A stretch of 64,000 nucleotides of DNA from Pristiophorus japonicus. Lineage: Eukaryota. Position 1 is the first letter of the stretch; the number at the start of each line of letters is the position of its first letter. This document shows, piece after piece, positions 59,740 through 64,000 of this stretch. A program made the translations under genes and the position numbers. The stretch covers positions 93,434,001-93,498,000 of the forward strand of contig NC_091983.1 of NCBI RefSeq assembly GCF_044704955.1, read 5' to 3'. Under the pieces are notes generated by a model. It did not search any database and had not been told where the DNA came from. It saw only the letters and a list, made by a program, of their open reading frames with translations.

Positions 59740-62700
59740 CTATGACCGCCCGCTGCGCTTGGTCTTAGTGACTGCACCACCCCTGCCCGCAGGTAGTGGC
59801 GCAGTGTTTCTCGGGTTGGTACCAAGCTTATTCTTTCGACCATCTCGGGTAATGCGCACTTGTTGATGTGAGCGGGCAGCTGGTAATGTGGAGGGCCCGG
59901 CTTGGGCCTCTCCAGAGGCTGGTCTTGGGATTGGTGTGGGAGTGGCATTTGATTCTGTCAATGGGTACGGTGTCTGGGCGTGTTCCCTTATTGCAGCAGC
60001 TAACTTCGACATTCCCTCCCTCATATGGCAGTGTGTCAACTACCTGCAACATTCCCTCCCTCATGTTAGCCGACGTTGTATCAGCTACCTGCGACATTCC
60101 CTCCCTCATGTGCACCGACATTGTTTCAGCTGACTGAGACACTCCCTCCCTCATGTTCCCGGACAGTGTTCCCATTTCTCATGAGACTGTTGTTATTTCT
60201 CCCAACAGTCCCGATACCTCATCACCCACCCCACTGATGGTGTCCAGGAATGATCAGGTAAGGTCAATGCTCTCCGCATTCATTGCCATCATCTGAACCA
60301 CATCTGTTAGATCCTGCACCTCAGGAGAGCGCGGTCAAGCTCTCCTTCTCCTCCTCACCCTGGGTGTGGCTCACAGTATCCCACTGGCACCCGCAGTCTC
60401 GGACGGTGGGGCCCTGGGTGTGCCTCGCTGCACCCCACTGGAATCCCCAGCCTCGGACAGTGGGAAACCATGGAATGTACCACCAACACTCAAGTCATAC
60501 TCAGGGAACGGGCTGGCACCTCAATGGGCGTCACCTGCACCTCCTCCAAATTGAATACAACAGTGGGGGCTTCATCCATCCCCTCCCCCTCACTCCCATG
60601 CTCTTGGTCTGGAAGGTGGGATTGGGAGATGTTCTCTTCAGGCTCGTCCTCATCTGAATCGTCTGCATCGTCAGGGTTGGCCTCAAGTTCTGCAAAATAT
60701 AACAGAACAGACAAATGGTTGGCAGCAAAGGAGGGGGCAGGGTGGGTGGTATGAGTAGGCTCACACAGCACAGGCAGCAGGCTGATTTGAAGGATCACGA
60801 TGAATGATAGCACATTGCATCAACCACATGACACTCCATGACCCGAAGCATGGCTAGCCCGCGCAGTACTTATCATTTAGCAAAACTAGACTGTGGAATT
60901 TGCAGGACTTACCCTCTCCCTTGAGTGTTGGCCCAGCTTGTTTTTCTCCAGGCAGGACCCATCAAAGCAGCGACACGCTCTCTTCCAAGGGTGTCAGTGG
61001 GTGAAGATTTGCCGGGCCTCTTCCTGTTTGAGTTCTTTGCCTTTTGTTGTGTGCCACTTTCCTCTGCAAATATCAAAATATAACTTTTTTAAGAGAGTGT
61101 ATTTCTGCTGGGTGGGACTTATACAGCTGGTCACATTTACAATTGCAATTCCGTTGAATAAATGAAAATATTACTTACACTAACTACTTGACCAATGTCG
61201 TGCCACTTATTTTTGCACTGGCCTCCAGACCTCGGGATGATCACCATTGCACAGTAATCTTCTGAAAATTGGTTCCAGCGTTTCTTCATTTCTTTTGGTG
61301 AATCTTTTATGTGACCTCTGCTGGTGTCCAGGTGAATTTATAATGGGGAACAAAGAAATGGTAGACCAATTAAACAAATACTTTGGTTCTGTCTTCACTA
61401 AGGAAGACACAAATAACCTTCCGGAAATACCAGGGGACTGAGAGTCTAGCGAGAAGGAGGAACTGAAGGAAATCCTTATTAGTCAGGCAATTGTGTTTGG
61501 GAAATTGATGGGATTGAAGGCCGATAAATCCCCAGGGCCTGATAATCTGCATCCCAGAGTACATAAGGAAGTGGCCCTAGAAATAGTGGATGCATTGGTG
61601 GTAATTTTGCAACGTTCTATAGACTCTGGATCAGTTCCTGTGGACTGGAGCTAATGTAACCCTACTTTTTAAAAAGGAGGGAGACAGAAAACAGGGAATT
61701 ATAGACCGGTGAGCCTGATATCGGTAGTGGGGAAAATGTTGGAATCGATTATTAAAGACGTAATATCAGAGCATTTAGAAAGCAGTGACAGGATTGGTCC
61801 AAGTCAGCATGGATTTATAAAGGGGAAAGGGACATCATGCTTGACAAATCTTCTCGAATTTTTTGAGGATGTAACTAGTAGAGTGGACAAGAGAGAACCA
61901 GTGGATGTGGTGTATTTAGACTTTCAAAAGGCTTTTGACAAGGTCCCACACAAGAGATTATTGTGCAAAATTAAAGCACATGGTATTGGGGGTAATGTAT
62001 TGACGTGGATAGAGATCTGGTTGGCAGACAGGAAGCAAAGAGTAGGAATAAATGGATCCTTTTCCAAATGGCAGGCAGTGATTAGTGAGGTATCGCAAGG
62101 TTCAGTGCTGGGACACCAGCTATTTGCAATATACATTAATGAGTTAGACGAAGGAATTGAGTGTAATATCTCCAAGTTTGCAGATGATATTAAGTTAGGT
62201 GGCAGTGTGAACTATGAGAAGGATGCTAAGAGGCTGCAGGGTGACTTGGACAGGTTCGGTGAGTGGGCAAATGCATGGCAGATGCAGTATAATGTGGATA
62301 AATGTGAGGTTATCCACTTTGATGGCAAAAACAGGAAGGCAGAATATTATCTGAATGGTGACAGATTAGGAAAAGGGGAGGTGCAATGAGACCTGGGTGT
62401 CATGATACATCAGTCATTGAAAGTTGGCATGCAGGTACAGCAGGCAGTGAAGAAGGCAAATGGCATGTTGGCCTTCATAGCGAGAGGATTTGAGTATAGG
62501 AGCAGGGAGGTCTTATTGCAGTTGTACAGGGCCTTGGTGAGGCCACGCCTTGAATATTGTGTACAGTTTCGGTCTCCTAATCTAAGGAAGGACATTCTTG
62601 CTATTGAGGGAGTGCAATGAAGGTTCACCAGACTGATTCCCGGGATGGCAGGACTGACATATGAAGAAAGACTGGATCGGCTCAGCTTATATTCACTGGA

Positions 62701-63177
62701 ATTTAGAAGAATGAGAGGGGATCTCATAGAAACATATAAAATTCTGACGGGATTGGACAGGTTAGATGCGGGAAGAATGTTCCCGATGTTGGTGAAGTCC
62801 AGAACCGCGGTCACAGTCTTAGGATAAGAGGTAAGCCATTTAGGACCGAGATGAGGAGAAACTTCTTCACTCAGAGAATTGTGAAACTGTGGAATTCTCT
62901 ACCACAGAAAGTTGTTGAGGTCAGTTCGTTAGATATATTCAAAAGGGAGTTAGATTTGCCCTTACAGCTAAGGGGATCAAGGAGTATGGATAGAAAGCAG
63001 GAATGGGGTGCTGAAGTTGTATGATCAGCCTTGAATGGGGGTGCAGGCTCGAAGTGCTGAATGGCCTACTCCTGCACCCATTTTCTATGTTTCTACGTGC
63101 CATCTGCCCTCAATCACAGTAACTAGAGCCTCCACTTCATCCTGTAAGAAATTCTTGGTCCTTGCGCCGTGTTGCAT
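59740..63177 (-). pseudogene. Harbinger Myb/SANT-like gene, 3 exons (63177-61179 split by CR1; 61063-60913; 60689-59740)
   Basis: MQHGARTKNFLQDEVEALV...QCKNKWHDIGQVVS; same intron positions as copy A; C-terminal MREGM repeats. Confidence 0.88.
61332..63095 (+). mobile_element. CR1 LINE, 5'-truncated, inserted in Myb exon 1
   Basis: ORF 61709-62389 (RT motifs) and downstream fragments; CTATGTTT tail. Confidence 0.95.
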
Positions 63178-63528
63178 CTTGTATTGCAGCTCCAATTTTT
63201 CCAATGATAATTAAAGTTTTCACACACAACTGGCTCTTTAAGAATGGCCGATTACAGACCGGGAGCTGTACTGGGTGAGCGCGCCCATAGGAATCACGTC
63301 AAAAACGTCACTTTGTTTTCCGTGTATGCGCAGAACGGGCGGCATTCTTTTTTCGGCGCAGACATTAGGCTTCAGGCCCCCGAGGCTACAGGACAGGTTG
63401 CATGGCGCCAATTTCCAAAAATAGAATGGGGAAACTTGCCACATTTATTTTTGGAGTAGTTGGGGCCTAGAAAAACGGGCGCAACTCTGGCAATATGCCA
63501 AAAAACGGCTTTGAGGAAAATTGAGCCC

Positions 63529-64000
63529 TTAATTATTAATAAATCAAGAAAAGCACTGCTCCTAGTACTGACCTTTGGAGGACACCACTGTTTACTTTCC
63601 TCCAGTCCGAAAAACAACCGTTCATCACTACTCTCTGTTTCCTATCATTTAGCCAATTTTGTATCCATGCTGCCATCATCCCTTTCATTCCATGGGCTTC
63701 AACTTTGCTGGCAAGCCTATTATGTGGCACTTTATCAAACACCTTTTGGAAGTCCATGTCCTCATCACCCCTCTCTGTTACCTCATCAAAAATCTCAATT
63801 AAGTTAGTTAAACACAATTTGCCTTTAACAAATTTGTGCTGGCTTTCCTTAATTAATCCATACTTGCCCAAGTGACTCTTAATTTTGTCCCTCATTATCA
63901 TTTCTAAAAGCTATCCCACTACTGAGGTTAAACTGACTGGCCTGTAGCTGCAGGGTTTATTCTTACACACTTTTGTGAACAAGAGTGTAACATTTGCAGT
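63529..64000 (-). mobile_element. CR1 RT fragment (continuation of 56871-57182)
   Basis: ORF 63536-63901: ESQHKFVKGK.CLTNL, DFQKVFDKVPH, RKQRV. Confidence 0.88.

Larger units (their letters stand above)
57183..63528. mobile_element. PIF/Harbinger DNA transposon, complete termini (copy B; same family as copy A, inverted)
   Basis: TIR GGGCTCAATTTTCC / GGAAAATTGAGCCC; flanks TAA / TTA; splits a CR1; transposase (+) convergent with Myb gene (-). Confidence 0.95.

Overview
Non-prokaryotic, repeat-saturated vertebrate genomic DNA. The repeat families (CR1 LINEs with CTATGTTT tails, Deu-domain and HE1-like SINEs, Penelope ends) resemble those of cartilaginous fishes; this is inference. No intact host gene is supportable. 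Most of the window is a nested stack of decayed mobile elements: (1) three Gypsy LTR retrotransposons, one bounded by paired 234-bp LTRs and a 5-bp TSD; (2) many CR1/L2 LINE fragments plus one near-full-length CR1 (esterase ORF1, APE-RT ORF2, tandem-monomer 5' UTR); (3) a dense set of PIF/Harbinger DNA transposons, including two-gene copies (DDE transposase plus a spliced Myb/SANT gene), a Myb-only derivative and MITEs, all with related GGG(C)nnAAwTT termini. The most unusual observations are a Gypsy derivative whose Gag-protease frame runs into about 380 codons of unrecognised sequence instead of RT/RNase H/integrase; a full-length CR1 flanked by inverted copies of its own tail and a ~295-bp duplication; 15-residue MREGM repeats in the Harbinger Myb proteins; and a conserved-core minisatellite inside one Harbinger. 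All coordinates were read by eye and boundaries may be off by a few to tens of bases.
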